From assembly GCA_964489405.1 (NCBI GenBank), contig CAZAYL010000002.1, positions 1 through 62,680 on the forward strand: a stretch of DNA of 62,680 nt, given 5' to 3'. This document shows, piece by piece, positions 36,283 to 46,194 of this stretch (the first letter of the stretch is position 1; the number at the start of each line of letters is the position of its first letter). A program made the translations under genes and the position numbers. Source of the stretch: an uncultured Lachnospiraceae bacterium. Its GTDB lineage: Bacteria > Bacillota > Clostridia > Christensenellales > UBA1242. Under the pieces are notes generated by a model. It was not told where the DNA came from, searched no databases, and worked only from the letters and a program-made list of their open reading frames with translations.

Positions 36283-36697
36283 AGTTATATTATACACTAT
36301 ATTTTTACATAACTAATTTTTAAATATTTTTTTAAAACCTATTTTTTTTAAATTTAAAAATAGATTTTTCTTTTGAATTTATATTACTATTTGTGAATAA
36401 TAAAAATATTATTACAAAAACAAAAATGATTAAAAACTTAACTATATATTATAAAAAATAAAATAATTGTCAACATTAAGATAATAATAACATTTCTCTT
36501 AAATATTGTTAAAATATAAAAAACGCGGAATACTATCAAAAAACAATAGTTATACTATTAAAAATATACAATATAACTCCTATAAAATTACTCAATTACA
36601 TAATTTACGTAATTTTACAAAAAACTATAAAATGTTTTTTTAAGGTTCTTTCTTGATAATTTTTTTATCAATATATATACCAATATGTGGAAATGAC

Positions 36698-36726
36698 TTG
36701 ACAAAAAAAAATGTTTTGTATATAAT
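36698..36726 (+). promoter_or_regulatory. Consensus sigma-70 promoter of rpmH
   Basis: TTGACA (36698-36703), 17 nt, TATAAT (36721-36726). Confidence 0.75.
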
Positions 36727-36775
36727 ATAAACACTTAAATCTAAATTAGATGAAAATTTGAAAGGAGATGTCATT

Positions 36776-36910
36776 ATGAAGAGAACTTATCAACCAAAGA
36801 AAAAGCACAGAAATAAAGTTCACGGTTTTCGTCAAAGAATGAAGACAACAGCGGGACGACGCGTTCTTAAAAGACGCAGAGCGCGCGGTAGAGCAAAGCT
36901 TACTGTATAA
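36776..36910 (+). CDS. rpmH: 50S ribosomal protein L34 (below the ORF-track size cutoff)
   Basis: The translation is [52 protein letters not shown]. Confidence 0.95.
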   Translation: MKRTYQPKKKHRNKVHGFRQRMKTTAGRRVLKRRRARGRAKLTV

Positions 36911-36912
36911 TC

Positions 36913-36947
36913 AATTGCTCATTATATTTATATAGTGAGCAATTTTT
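36913..36947 (+). terminator. Hairpin after rpmH
   Basis: aattgctca / tgagcaatt stem followed by tttt. Confidence 0.6.
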
Positions 36948-36995
36948 GTATACATTTGAAGTAAAGTTAAAATTAAAAGGGATGTTCAAAATTTA

Positions 36996-37367
36996 ATGGA
37001 TAAACAAATTGAATTAAGGGGCTATCCCCGTAAAAAATTTAGAATAAAGAAAATAAAAGAATTTAACTATATGTTTCGCAATGGCGAACGTCAAAATAGT
37101 AAATGTATAACACTTATAGTGACAAATTCTTACAAATCATACACGCGATATGGTATCAGTATAAGTTCTAAAATAGGTAACGCTGTTATTAGAAATAGAG
37201 TTAAACGTCGTATTCGCGCCTGCATTCACGACATTACCAAAAATGAGCTAAAAATTGACAAAAAAAATATTATAATCGTCGCGCGTAGTGGCATAGAAGA
37301 TATGTGTTACAATGAAATTTATAACACATTAAAAACTTTACTTAATAGAACTACACAAATAAAGTAA
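36996..37367 (+). CDS. rnpA: Ribonuclease P protein component
   Basis: 123 aa, basic, with the RNR motif (AVIRNRVKRRIR). It follows rpmH. Confidence 0.88.
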   Translation: MDKQIELRGYPRKKFRIKKIKEFNYMFRNGERQNSKCITLIVTNSYKSYTRYGISISSKIGNAVIRNRVKRRIRACIHDITKNELKIDKKNIIIVARSGIEDMCYNEIYNTLKTLLNRTTQIK

Positions 37368-37408
37368 TGAAGCGAATTATACACCACAACGTAAAATAAG
37401 GACAATCT

Positions 37409-37681
37409 ATGAATATATTTAAAATTGTACTTAAACCATTAGAGTGGTTAGCACTAGGTTTGATTTATATATATAAAGGAATAATCTCCCCATTATTACC
37501 ACACGGTTGTATATATTTGCCGACTTGTTCAACATACACACTAAAAGCAATAAAATCTTTTGGGGTGTTTAAAGGTTCTTATTTGGGGTTGAAACGAATT
37601 TTAAAATGCACTCCAAAATATTCAGGTGGAGTAGACCCAGTACCAGATAACATAAAAGGAGATTGTAAATGGCTGGTTTAA
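37409..37681 (+). CDS. yidD: Membrane protein insertion efficiency factor YidD
   Basis: 90 aa with the CIYLPTCSTY motif, located between rnpA and yidC. Confidence 0.85.
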   Translation: MNIFKIVLKPLEWLALGLIYIYKGIISPLLPHGCIYLPTCSTYTLKAIKSFGVFKGSYLGLKRILKCTPKYSGGVDPVPDNIKGDCKWLV

Positions 37682-38793
37682 TTGATTTACTATCTGCACA
37701 ATTACAAATACCAAAAGGATTAGGTGTTTGGGAAGACATTATCAGATGGTTTTATAGTGGAATTGGCGATTATGGCTTTACAATTATTTTGATAGCGGTT
37801 TTGCTAAAAATATTGATGTTGCCAATTGATTATTTTCAAAGGAAAGCAACTGCAAAACAAATGGCGCAACAAGAGCGTATCGCGCCACAAATTGCAAAAC
37901 TCAAAGAAAAATATGCAAACGACAAAAATACTCTAAATCAAAAAACAATGGAATTATATAAACGTGAGGGCATAGGTTTTGGTTCTTGCGGAATTATGGT
38001 GTTATATCTTTTTATTACCTGTTTTGTGTTCTTTACACTATTTGCTGGGATGAATAATATTTCAAGTAATGCCGTCAAAACTCAATACGAACAATTGCGC
38101 TATGCGTACAATAATGTAGAAGCACAAAGAGGCGATGAAACAGCGGAAGATTTTCAAAAACGTCAAGAACAAGCAGTGTTTGATAAATATAATGAAATTA
38201 AAGTAAATTGGTTATGGATTGAAAATATTTGGCGTCCAGATACGACGAGTAGTCCTATTGCAACATTTGATTCGTATGCAAGTTCAATAAAACTAAAAAA
38301 TAAAACCAATGAAGAAAAAGTAAAATATCAAACCGAAAAAGAAGAATATGAAAAAATTATGAATCCATTAAGGGAAAAAGTTCGTTCATCAAACGGTTAC
38401 TTTATATTGATCATACTTTCAGCGGTTGTTACATTCCTTTCTATGACATTGAGTCAAAGTAGTATAAAAAAGAAAGAGAAAAAGGAAATAAAACCTCAAG
38501 ACGAGGGACGTATTTTATCTGCAAAAGGCGAACGCGAAAATCAAAAAGAGCAAACCGCGAGTGCTCCAGCAATGAAGTTTATGAAATGGATTTTGCCGAT
38601 TGTTATGGTTTTGATTACATTAGGCTACAGCTCAGCATTCGCTATATACATTGTTACAATTTCAGGGTTCAGCGCAATTGCAAACTATGTGTTTAATCTT
38701 ATTTTAAGAAACAAAAAAGATGATTTGTCAAAACCAAATAGTAAAAACAAACAAAGAGTAATTGTTCAAAAACCTGACTATGTTAGACAATAA
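37669..38793 (+). CDS. yidC: YidC/SpoIIIJ-family membrane insertase
   Basis: 374 aa, multi-TM, with the PIDYFQRK and MELYKREGI motifs. Basic C-terminal tail. Confidence 0.88.
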   Translation: MAGLIDLLSAQLQIPKGLGVWEDIIRWFYSGIGDYGFTIILIAVLLKILMLPIDYFQRKATAKQMAQQERIAPQIAKLKEKYANDKNTLNQKTMELYKREGIGFGSCGIMVLYLFITCFVFFTLFAGMNNISSNAVKTQYEQLRYAYNNVEAQRGDETAEDFQKRQEQAVFDKYNEIKVNWLWIENIWRPDTTSSPIATFDSYASSIKLKNKTNEEKVKYQTEKEEYEKIMNPLREKVRSSNGYFILIILSAVVTFLSMTLSQSSIKKKEKKEIKPQDEGRILSAKGERENQKEQTASAPAMKFMKWILPIVMVLITLGYSSAFAIYIVTISGFSAIANYVFNLILRNKKDDLSKPNSKNKQRVIVQKPDYVRQ

Positions 38794-38806
38794 AAGAGGT
38801 GCGTAA

Positions 38807-39532
38807 ATGGAAAGTTTAGAAAGTGTTGGAAAAAATGTTCAAGACGCAATCAATAAAGGATTGCAAGAGCTTGGAGTAGAATTAGACGATGTCAAAGTTG
38901 ATGTAATATGCGAGGGTGGGTTATTTAAAAGCGCTAAAGTACGATTGACAAAAAATGAGAGTTTTGCTGAACTTTTTTCTGCTACAGAAAATATAAATAA
39001 AGAAGTTGAAGTAGAAAAAAATGAAGAAAAACAAATTCAAACAACTGAGAATGTAGATAATAAAAATATTGAAGAAAAAGGAACAATGTATTCTCTTACA
39101 GTTTTAAATAAAATATTAAAAGAATACAATCCTAATCTTTATGCAACAGAGCGAGTTCAAAACAAAGTCGTTGTATTTGAAATCCAAGGCGACGGGTGTG
39201 AAGTGTTTGGGAATACAGATGCCGTTGGTGCTTTACAAACAATTTTAAACACAATTGAACGACGCCACAACAAAACAGAGAACTTGAAAAGAATAATTGT
39301 CAATGTGGGTGATTATGAGAAAAAGCGCGAGGCAGATTTGTGTGCACAAGCGCAAAAATGTGCTGATGAAGCGATTAGTTTAGGGAGAACAATACGTATG
39401 CAACCTATGAATTCATATGAGCGCCATTTAATCCACGATTATTTAACCAATCGAAAGGATGTTATCGCTGAGTCTTTTGGTGTTGAGCCATATCGATACC
39501 TAACTATCCGCCCGTCAGAGATTGATAATTGA
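38807..39532 (+). CDS. jag: Jag/KhpB RNA-binding protein (Jag_N, KH, R3H)
   Basis: 241 aa with R3H motif NSYERHLIHDYL. Conserved position after yidC. Confidence 0.85.
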   Translation: MESLESVGKNVQDAINKGLQELGVELDDVKVDVICEGGLFKSAKVRLTKNESFAELFSATENINKEVEVEKNEEKQIQTTENVDNKNIEEKGTMYSLTVLNKILKEYNPNLYATERVQNKVVVFEIQGDGCEVFGNTDAVGALQTILNTIERRHNKTENLKRIIVNVGDYEKKREADLCAQAQKCADEAISLGRTIRMQPMNSYERHLIHDYLTNRKDVIAESFGVEPYRYLTIRPSEIDN

Positions 39533-39673
39533 AAAATAATTGAGTTATTTTAGTACATAGATAAAAATATGTACTTTTTTATTTTATATATAGAAAATTT
39601 ATAAATATACTCCATATTTAAGTGTTTGTATAAATTATTAAAATTTGATATAATAAAAAGCGAGAGGAAAAAG

Positions 39674-41083
39674 ATGAAAGCAATTACAACTGAAAACAAT
39701 ATAGAAAAATTTAAAAAAAAAGTACCCAAAGAAGCGTTGGCTCTTAGCGAAATATTTACTGCCAACAAACATAAATTATATATCGTTGGCGGATATATTC
39801 GCGATTATTTTTTAAAAATAAAAACAGAAGATATTGATATTTGTGGAACTGCTACACCACAACAACTTGAAGAATTATTATCAAATACAGACTTTAAATT
39901 TACTATCATAAATAAAAACTTAGGTACATATAAAATTTATAAAAGTAATAGCAAAATTGAATTTGAATACACCACATTGCGAGAAGAAAAATATCAAACT
40001 GGACACATACCAAGTGAAGTTAATTTTGTTGATGATGTTTTAATCGATGCACAACGCCGAGATTTTACGGTAAATACAATTTATTATGATTTTTCTAATA
40101 GTAAATTTATTGACCCATATAATGGTTTACAAGATTGCTATCATCGAGTTTTGAAACCTATAAATCATAAAGTTTTTGATAGCGACGGCTTACGTATTAT
40201 GCGCTTAGTTCGATTTGCATACACTAAAAAAATGAAAATACCTAAAGATGTTTTTGATAGTGCACATTTACGAGTATACCTTTTGCGTGATATTGCACAC
40301 GAAAGGATTGCACAAGAAATGGGTGTAATTGCGGAATATCAAAAAAACATACCCCTTAATGATATATGCAATATAATTAAATATGGAGATGAGCGTATTA
40401 ATTTAGGTGTAAGGAATGAAAAAGCTTTGTTTTCAGCTCTCGACCTATTAGATGCTCTTATGTCGCTTGGTATCATTGATTATATTTTCCCAAAGCTTTC
40501 ATTTAGTATTGATATGAATAAAATTTACACAACATACACCACCCCTATTCTGTCATATCAGTTTTTTGAATATAATTTTGGGCTTGCACTTACTTATTAC
40601 ATTTGTAAAACACTTACAACGCAAAATTATGAACTCTCTATTGAGTTTTATCAAGAACTTTTTGGCGTAGATGGTTTAATGTTGTCAAAATTATATTTAA
40701 AAGAAATGGTGCTAACTTTAGATGGTCTTTTGACATTAAATAAAATGCGCGACGAAAGTTTTTATGTCAACTTTATTCAAATGTATTACTCTGTGTTGCC
40801 AGAAATAATGTACTATGGTAAGCTAATATCAAATCATTATGATTCACAATGTGAGCGCCTTATTACAACAAATTCTCTTATGAAAGCGAATAATATTCCG
40901 CGATGTATTAAAGAGCTTGCTATTAAAGCCAAAGATATTATTAATAGATGGCCACTTATGCCACAAAAGTACATATCTTCATTATTAGAGTGTGCTATGA
41001 TTGTGGCGACAAAAGATAGATGCAATGAAAAAGAATATTTACTAAATGAACTTGGAAAATTTATAGTGAGGGAAGAAGTATGA
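39674..41083 (+). CDS. tRNA nucleotidyltransferase / poly(A) polymerase family protein (CCA-adding-enzyme-like)
   Basis: ATG 39674 follows a GAGG SD. Head-domain motifs LYIVGGYIRD, DIDICG and RRDFTVN are present. Confidence 0.75.
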   Translation: MKAITTENNIEKFKKKVPKEALALSEIFTANKHKLYIVGGYIRDYFLKIKTEDIDICGTATPQQLEELLSNTDFKFTIINKNLGTYKIYKSNSKIEFEYTTLREEKYQTGHIPSEVNFVDDVLIDAQRRDFTVNTIYYDFSNSKFIDPYNGLQDCYHRVLKPINHKVFDSDGLRIMRLVRFAYTKKMKIPKDVFDSAHLRVYLLRDIAHERIAQEMGVIAEYQKNIPLNDICNIIKYGDERINLGVRNEKALFSALDLLDALMSLGIIDYIFPKLSFSIDMNKIYTTYTTPILSYQFFEYNFGLALTYYICKTLTTQNYELSIEFYQELFGVDGLMLSKLYLKEMVLTLDGLLTLNKMRDESFYVNFIQMYYSVLPEIMYYGKLISNHYDSQCERLITTNSLMKANNIPRCIKELAIKAKDIINRWPLMPQKYISSLLECAMIVATKDRCNEKEYLLNELGKFIVREEV

Positions 41084-42411
41084 TAATAAATTTATGCGTA
41101 GTTACAAGTGCTATTGAATACGGAATATTAATTGTTGGGTTGCTATGTCTTATTTTATTAATAGTTTTACTTTTTCGTAAAGGGGAGCAAAATGGAAGTG
41201 TGCAAAAAGAACTCAATGAGCAGTTCAATAAAATAAAATTAATTAACGAAAATCTTGAGAAAATCATCACAACAAATAATGAGCAATTTGCAAGAACGCT
41301 TTATGCTTTTAAACAAGAAACAAACCAAAATATACACGCGTTCAAAACCGAACAAACACAAATTTTGCAAAATGTCGAAATTCGAGTAAAAAATCTTTTA
41401 AATGAAACCGAAACACGATTGACAAACATTGACAAAGTGATTCGAGAAATGCTTTATAAAATCAATGTAGATAATAATGAAAAATTAGATAAAATGCGCG
41501 AAACGGTCGACGAAAAATTAAACAACTCACTTGAAAAAAGACTAAACGAAAGTTTTGCAATTATTTCAGAGCGCCTTGAAAAAGTCCACAAAGGACTTGG
41601 TGAAATGCGTAGTCTTGCAACTGGTGTCGATGATTTGAAACATACACTAAGCAACATAAAAATACGTGGGGTGTGGGGAGAAGTGCAACTTGGCAATATT
41701 CTCGAGCAAATGCTTAGTCACGTGCAGTATGATAGGCAAGTTCAAATTAAACCAAATAGCAAAGAAGCTGTTGATTTTGTTATCAATATGCCAGGGAAGA
41801 ATGACAACGAAACTGTTTGGTTACCAATCGATGCAAAATTCCCACTAGAAGATTATCAACGTCTTGTGCAAGCAAGCGAATTAGGAAATAAAGACGAAGT
41901 CGAAAGGGCGCAAAAAGCACTCGAAAAGCGAATTAAAGATGAAGCAAAGAAAATTAATGAAAAATACATCGACCCGCCACGAACAACAGACTTTGCAGTT
42001 ATGTATTTAGCATTAGAGGGGTTGTATGCAGAAGCAGTCAAAAATGTTGGGTTACTTGAATATTTACAAGACAATTATCGCATAATTGTATGTGGGCCGA
42101 CAACACTATCTGCATTGATAAATTCATTACAAATGGGCTTTAAGAGTGTCGCCATCGAAAAGCGATCTAGTGAAGTTTGGGCGCTACTTTCAACATTCAA
42201 AACAGAATTTGTTAAATTTGTTGAACTACTTGCAAAAACACAAAAGAAACTTGATGAAGCATCAACAACTATAGAAGATGCGACAAAGAAATCTAAACGA
42301 ATTCAAAAGAAATTAGACAAAGTCGCCGATGTGGACGGCACACAACTCATAGAAGTTGCCGAGCAATCGCTATTAGATAGTGCATTTAATGACACCGATG
42401 CCGATGAATGA
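41080..42411 (+). CDS. rmuC: DNA recombination protein RmuC
   Basis: 443 aa with an N-terminal TM, a coiled coil, and a RmuC core (RGVWGEVQLGNILEQML, LPIDAKFPLEDY). Confidence 0.85.
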   Translation: MIINLCVVTSAIEYGILIVGLLCLILLIVLLFRKGEQNGSVQKELNEQFNKIKLINENLEKIITTNNEQFARTLYAFKQETNQNIHAFKTEQTQILQNVEIRVKNLLNETETRLTNIDKVIREMLYKINVDNNEKLDKMRETVDEKLNNSLEKRLNESFAIISERLEKVHKGLGEMRSLATGVDDLKHTLSNIKIRGVWGEVQLGNILEQMLSHVQYDRQVQIKPNSKEAVDFVINMPGKNDNETVWLPIDAKFPLEDYQRLVQASELGNKDEVERAQKALEKRIKDEAKKINEKYIDPPRTTDFAVMYLALEGLYAEAVKNVGLLEYLQDNYRIIVCGPTTLSALINSLQMGFKSVAIEKRSSEVWALLSTFKTEFVKFVELLAKTQKKLDEASTTIEDATKKSKRIQKKLDKVADVDGTQLIEVAEQSLLDSAFNDTDADE

Positions 42412-42444
42412 TATAATATGTTTTATAAAATAGTGTGATATATA

Positions 42445-42483
42445 AAAATAACTTGTTAGATAAGATTATCAACAAGTTATTTT
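42445..42483. terminator. Bidirectional terminator
   Basis: aaaataacttgtt / aacaagttatttt, a perfect 13-bp stem. Confidence 0.7.
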
Positions 42484-42503
42484 GTATTTAAAAGTTTAGA
42501 CAC

Positions 42504-43166
42504 TTATAGTCTATAAATGTGGTTTAAATAATAAGTATAGTCGCGTTTTTTTAGAATGTGTGATTTCTTATATTTAATATTGCTTTTTATGCGCGGTTTT
42601 CTTATATGATAGTGTTTTTTGAAATTTGAAACGGCGACACTTGAATGATTAGGGTAGAAGTTGCGTGTTTTTTTAAATTCAGCTATAAGTTGGTCGCGCT
42701 TTTTGATTAAATAGCGGTTTACAAATTTATCCATTATACTGATTTTATATATCTCTAGTGCAATATAAATAATTGCACTAATCATTACAAGCATACTGCC
42801 AATATTTGTTACTAATTGTGAAGAATAAATGTGAAGTAGTGGCACAAGGTCCCCCTTCAACACCAAAGGAAAAATAAATATAAAAATTATAATTGCAACA
42901 TCAATAAAAAACGAAATCCACGACGGTTGAAATAAGAAATCAAAGACAAAAATTAAACAACAACAAAACAACAAAACACCGCACAAGATATTGACTGATG
43001 TGAGGTTAAGCGCAAAAATATCAATCATCGTGTAAGTGATTTTTGATGCTTTATTATAAAACATCGGCACGAACAAACAACTAATGCTACTCAAAAATGC
43101 AACGTAACACGTGATTGAAAAATATGAAAATGGCTTTAAATCGCCGTACTTATATGTTTTTAACAT
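42504..43166 (-). CDS. Hypothetical membrane protein with basic C-terminal tail
   Basis: 220 aa with about 5 TM segments. It overlaps the radC stop by 7 nt. Confidence 0.55.
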   Translation of the reverse strand: MLKTYKYGDLKPFSYFSITCYVAFLSSISCLFVPMFYNKASKITYTMIDIFALNLTSVNILCGVLLFCCCLIFVFDFLFQPSWISFFIDVAIIIFIFIFPLVLKGDLVPLLHIYSSQLVTNIGSMLVMISAIIYIALEIYKISIMDKFVNRYLIKKRDQLIAEFKKTRNFYPNHSSVAVSNFKKHYHIRKPRIKSNIKYKKSHILKKRDYTYYLNHIYRL

Positions 43167-43936
43167 CTTTCAATTATCCTATGGCGTTGTATATCTACAG
43201 TGAATTTTGATTTACGCACAATATCGTTGTAAGAGTTTAACCACGATTGATAAATATCATCGACAGTATCTCGTATACTACAATAGCCGTCAGTCCCAAA
43301 AATAATATGGTCCATAAGGTCGACATTTAATAATTTTAAAAATATTTTAATTTTGACAGTTGATATAATATCCTCGCGCGACGGGGCACAAGAAGTGTAT
43401 GGGTGATTGTGCGAAAGAGCAACTCTTATAGGGTTTTTACGCAAAACATTTTCATAAATTTCGCGCATTTTTGTTTCAACCATTGAAGTTGAACCGATTG
43501 AGAAGTGGTCACAAGCAAAAAGGTCCATTGATTCATCAATGTATGCAATACAAAAATCTTCTTCAGGTGCATTTGTCATAAATTGTTCAAAGTAATTTCG
43601 CAGTGAACTTGTCGACGAAACGCGCACTTTAGGTATATGCAAAAATTGACTATATCTTTTAAATAATTCAGAAAAAGTTTTAATCAAAGCGACTGTCCTT
43701 TCAGAAATATTTGAGATGTGCATTAATTTTTCAGCGTCTGCATCAAAAACTCTTGGCAGAGAGCCAAACGCGCTAATCAAAGTATGGGCAATGTCATTCG
43801 TGTTTCGTCTTGGAAGTGCATAATAAAGCAAAACCTCTAACAATTCGTGGTCAAGCAAATTGTCGACGTGATTGTTTAAAATTTTTGAGCGCATTCTTTC
43901 TCTGTGTCCAACGTGTATACACTCATTTTTTTGCAA
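43160..43936 (-). CDS. radC: RadC-like JAB/MPN-domain protein
   Basis: HhH-like N-terminus (ELLEVLLYYALPRRNTNDIAHTLISAFGSL). JAMM-like motif SHNHPYTSCAPSREDI. Probable TTG start. Confidence 0.8.
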   Translation of the reverse strand: MQKNECIHVGHRERMRSKILNNHVDNLLDHELLEVLLYYALPRRNTNDIAHTLISAFGSLPRVFDADAEKLMHISNISERTVALIKTFSELFKRYSQFLHIPKVRVSSTSSLRNYFEQFMTNAPEEDFCIAYIDESMDLFACDHFSIGSTSMVETKMREIYENVLRKNPIRVALSHNHPYTSCAPSREDIISTVKIKIFLKLLNVDLMDHIIFGTDGYCSIRDTVDDIYQSWLNSYNDIVRKSKFTVDIQRHRIIERC

Positions 43937-44108
43937 GTTTATCCCTTTATCCTTCCTTTGTAAAAAAAGTCTTTAATTCTTATTAAGAATTACTCAATTA
44001 ATTATATAAGAATTGCTCAAAAAAAACAAGTATTTATTTGATATACTTGACTTAAATTGCAAAAAAATATATAATAATTTGATATAATTTTACAATATAG
44101 GAGATGTT

Positions 44109-44960
44109 ATGAGAATTAGAATTTCAGCCGATAGTACAGTTGACCTTAGTCCCGAACTCATAGAAAAATACAAAATTGCCATAATGCCACTTTTGGTTAC
44201 AATGGGCGATATAACAAAGCGCGATGGTGTTGATGTAACAACTGATGAACTCTTCAATTACGTCAAAGAAACAAAAGAATTACCCAAAACTGCTTCCCCA
44301 AGCATTGCGGTTTATCAAGATTTTTTTGATGAACTTCTAAAGGATGCCGATTGTGTAATTCATTTTGTTGTTTCGAGTAAAATGTCAAGTTGTTATAGTA
44401 GTGCATTGAAAGCTAGTGAAGAATATGGGCAAAGAGTGTTTATTGTAGACTCGCGCTCTCTTAGTACAGGGATAGCTTTACTAGTTTTGCGCGCGTGCGA
44501 TATGGCGGAAAGAGGTGTTGAACCATTCATCATCGCTAAAGAATGTAGGGAAATGTCGAGATATGTCCAAGCGTCATTTATCTTAGGCAATTTAGATTTT
44601 ATGCACAAAGGCGGTAGGTGTAGTGGTGCTATGTCGTTGAGCGCAAAATTCTTACGAATAAAACCAGCAATTTTAGTTAAAGACGGCGAAATGGTTGTCG
44701 GTAAAAAATATATGGGCAAAATGGAAAAGGTTATTGAGAATTACGTAAATGATATCCTTATAACATATTCTGATTTTGACCGTAGGCGCGTTTTTATTAC
44801 TCATACGCCAATTGAACGCGAAATTGTTGATATCGTCAAGCAACAACTCGACGGGGTGTTTGATGAAATATATGAAACTAACGCGGGGGCAACAATTGCG
44901 AGTCACTGCGGGGCAGGAACCCTTGGTATATTGTTTATGGCAAGCAAACCCGTAAAATAA
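44109..44960 (+). CDS. DegV-family fatty-acid-binding protein
   Basis: 283 aa with DSTVDLSPEL, PKTASPS and a typical DegV layout. Confidence 0.85.
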   Translation: MRIRISADSTVDLSPELIEKYKIAIMPLLVTMGDITKRDGVDVTTDELFNYVKETKELPKTASPSIAVYQDFFDELLKDADCVIHFVVSSKMSSCYSSALKASEEYGQRVFIVDSRSLSTGIALLVLRACDMAERGVEPFIIAKECREMSRYVQASFILGNLDFMHKGGRCSGAMSLSAKFLRIKPAILVKDGEMVVGKKYMGKMEKVIENYVNDILITYSDFDRRRVFITHTPIEREIVDIVKQQLDGVFDEIYETNAGATIASHCGAGTLGILFMASKPVK

Positions 44961-44977
44961 TAAATTTGCATTATTTT

Positions 44978-45005
44978 AATAGCATAGGATTCTATGCTAT
45001 TTTTA
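44978..45005 (+). terminator. degV terminator
   Basis: aatagcatag / ctatgctatt stem followed by a T-run. Confidence 0.7.
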
Positions 45006-45013
45006 GTAGTTAA

Positions 45014-45043
45014 TTGACAATAATGTTAGTGGTGTGGTAAAAT
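45014..45043 (+). promoter_or_regulatory. Promoter with the -10 element 5 nt upstream of ATG 45049 (leaderless candidate)
   Basis: TTGACA (45014-45019), 18 nt, TGgTAAAAT (45035-45043), TAATT, ATG. Confidence 0.5.
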
Positions 45044-45048
45044 TAATT

Positions 45049-46194
45049 ATGGAAAAATTTGATGTAGTAATAATTGGTGGTGGCGCAAGCGGTTTGGTAT
45101 GCGCCAATCTACTTTGCGACGTGTGTAATCTTGCGATTATTGAAAAAATGGATAGAGTCGGTAAGAAAATTCTTGCGACAGGGAATGGGCGTTGCAATTT
45201 GACTAATTTAAATATTGATAGCATTTTCTATAATAGAGATTTAAGTGCGTTTTTTCAAAGATTTTCGCAAAAAGAAAATTTGCGTTTTTTTGAAGACTGT
45301 GGGCTTTTGACTTACGCTGATGAATGTGGAAGAGTGTATCCATTTAGTAATTCTGCGACAAGTGTTCTAGATATTTTGCGTGCAAAACCTGAAAAAAATG
45401 CAACAATATTATTGGGGCAGGACGTCAAATGTATTAAAAAAGTTGATGGAAAATTTTTTATCAAAACAAGTGAGAAAGAGATTGTTACAAGATTTTGTGT
45501 CATCGCAACAGGGGGAAATTCAGCGCGTGAAATTTCACATAACATTCACACTGGTTTTGTGCCGTGCACGCGTAGTTTGGTTAGTCTAAAAACACAAAAT
45601 AACAAAGGATTAAACGGCGTGCGCGTGGATAATGTTACAGCAAAAATTGACGGCACAAACATTTGTGAAAGTGGAGAAATTTTATTCAAAGATAACGCGA
45701 TTAGTGGGATTTTAGTGTTCAATTTGTCGGCACATTTGGCGCGCCGTAAAAATTACGAAGCTTGCATTTCGGTTGATTTTATGCCCCAAATTATGTATGA
45801 TGATTTGGTAAAAATACTATCTATGCGTAAAGTAAAATTTGAAAACATTCTCATAGGAGTTTTCCATAATGCGCTTAGCAAAAACTTGTTGGAAAAGGCG
45901 GGATGTTATGATGGTTGCAAAACGCAAAACGATGTCATCAATTTAGCAAAAACAATCAAAGATTACAAAATAAAAACATTTGCGCCAATGGAAAACAATC
46001 AAGTCTATAGTGGTGGCGTTGATATGGATAGCGTCAATGCAGATTTAATGAGTAAAGAAACAGAAAATTTGTTTTTTACTGGCGAATGTCTAGATGTGGA
46101 TGGCGTGTGTGGGGGATATAATTTACAATGGGCAAGCACAAGCGCAATGATTGTTGCGAGTGCAATAGCAAGGGAGATTGAATGTTACAAATAA
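45049..46194 (+). CDS. HI0933-like FAD-dependent flavoprotein (aminoacetone-oxidase family)
   Basis: FDVVIIGGGASGL dinucleotide-binding motif, ATGNGRCN, and C-terminal GGYNLQWA. Confidence 0.8.
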   Translation: MEKFDVVIIGGGASGLVCANLLCDVCNLAIIEKMDRVGKKILATGNGRCNLTNLNIDSIFYNRDLSAFFQRFSQKENLRFFEDCGLLTYADECGRVYPFSNSATSVLDILRAKPEKNATILLGQDVKCIKKVDGKFFIKTSEKEIVTRFCVIATGGNSAREISHNIHTGFVPCTRSLVSLKTQNNKGLNGVRVDNVTAKIDGTNICESGEILFKDNAISGILVFNLSAHLARRKNYEACISVDFMPQIMYDDLVKILSMRKVKFENILIGVFHNALSKNLLEKAGCYDGCKTQNDVINLAKTIKDYKIKTFAPMENNQVYSGGVDMDSVNADLMSKETENLFFTGECLDVDGVCGGYNLQWASTSAMIVASAIAREIECYK

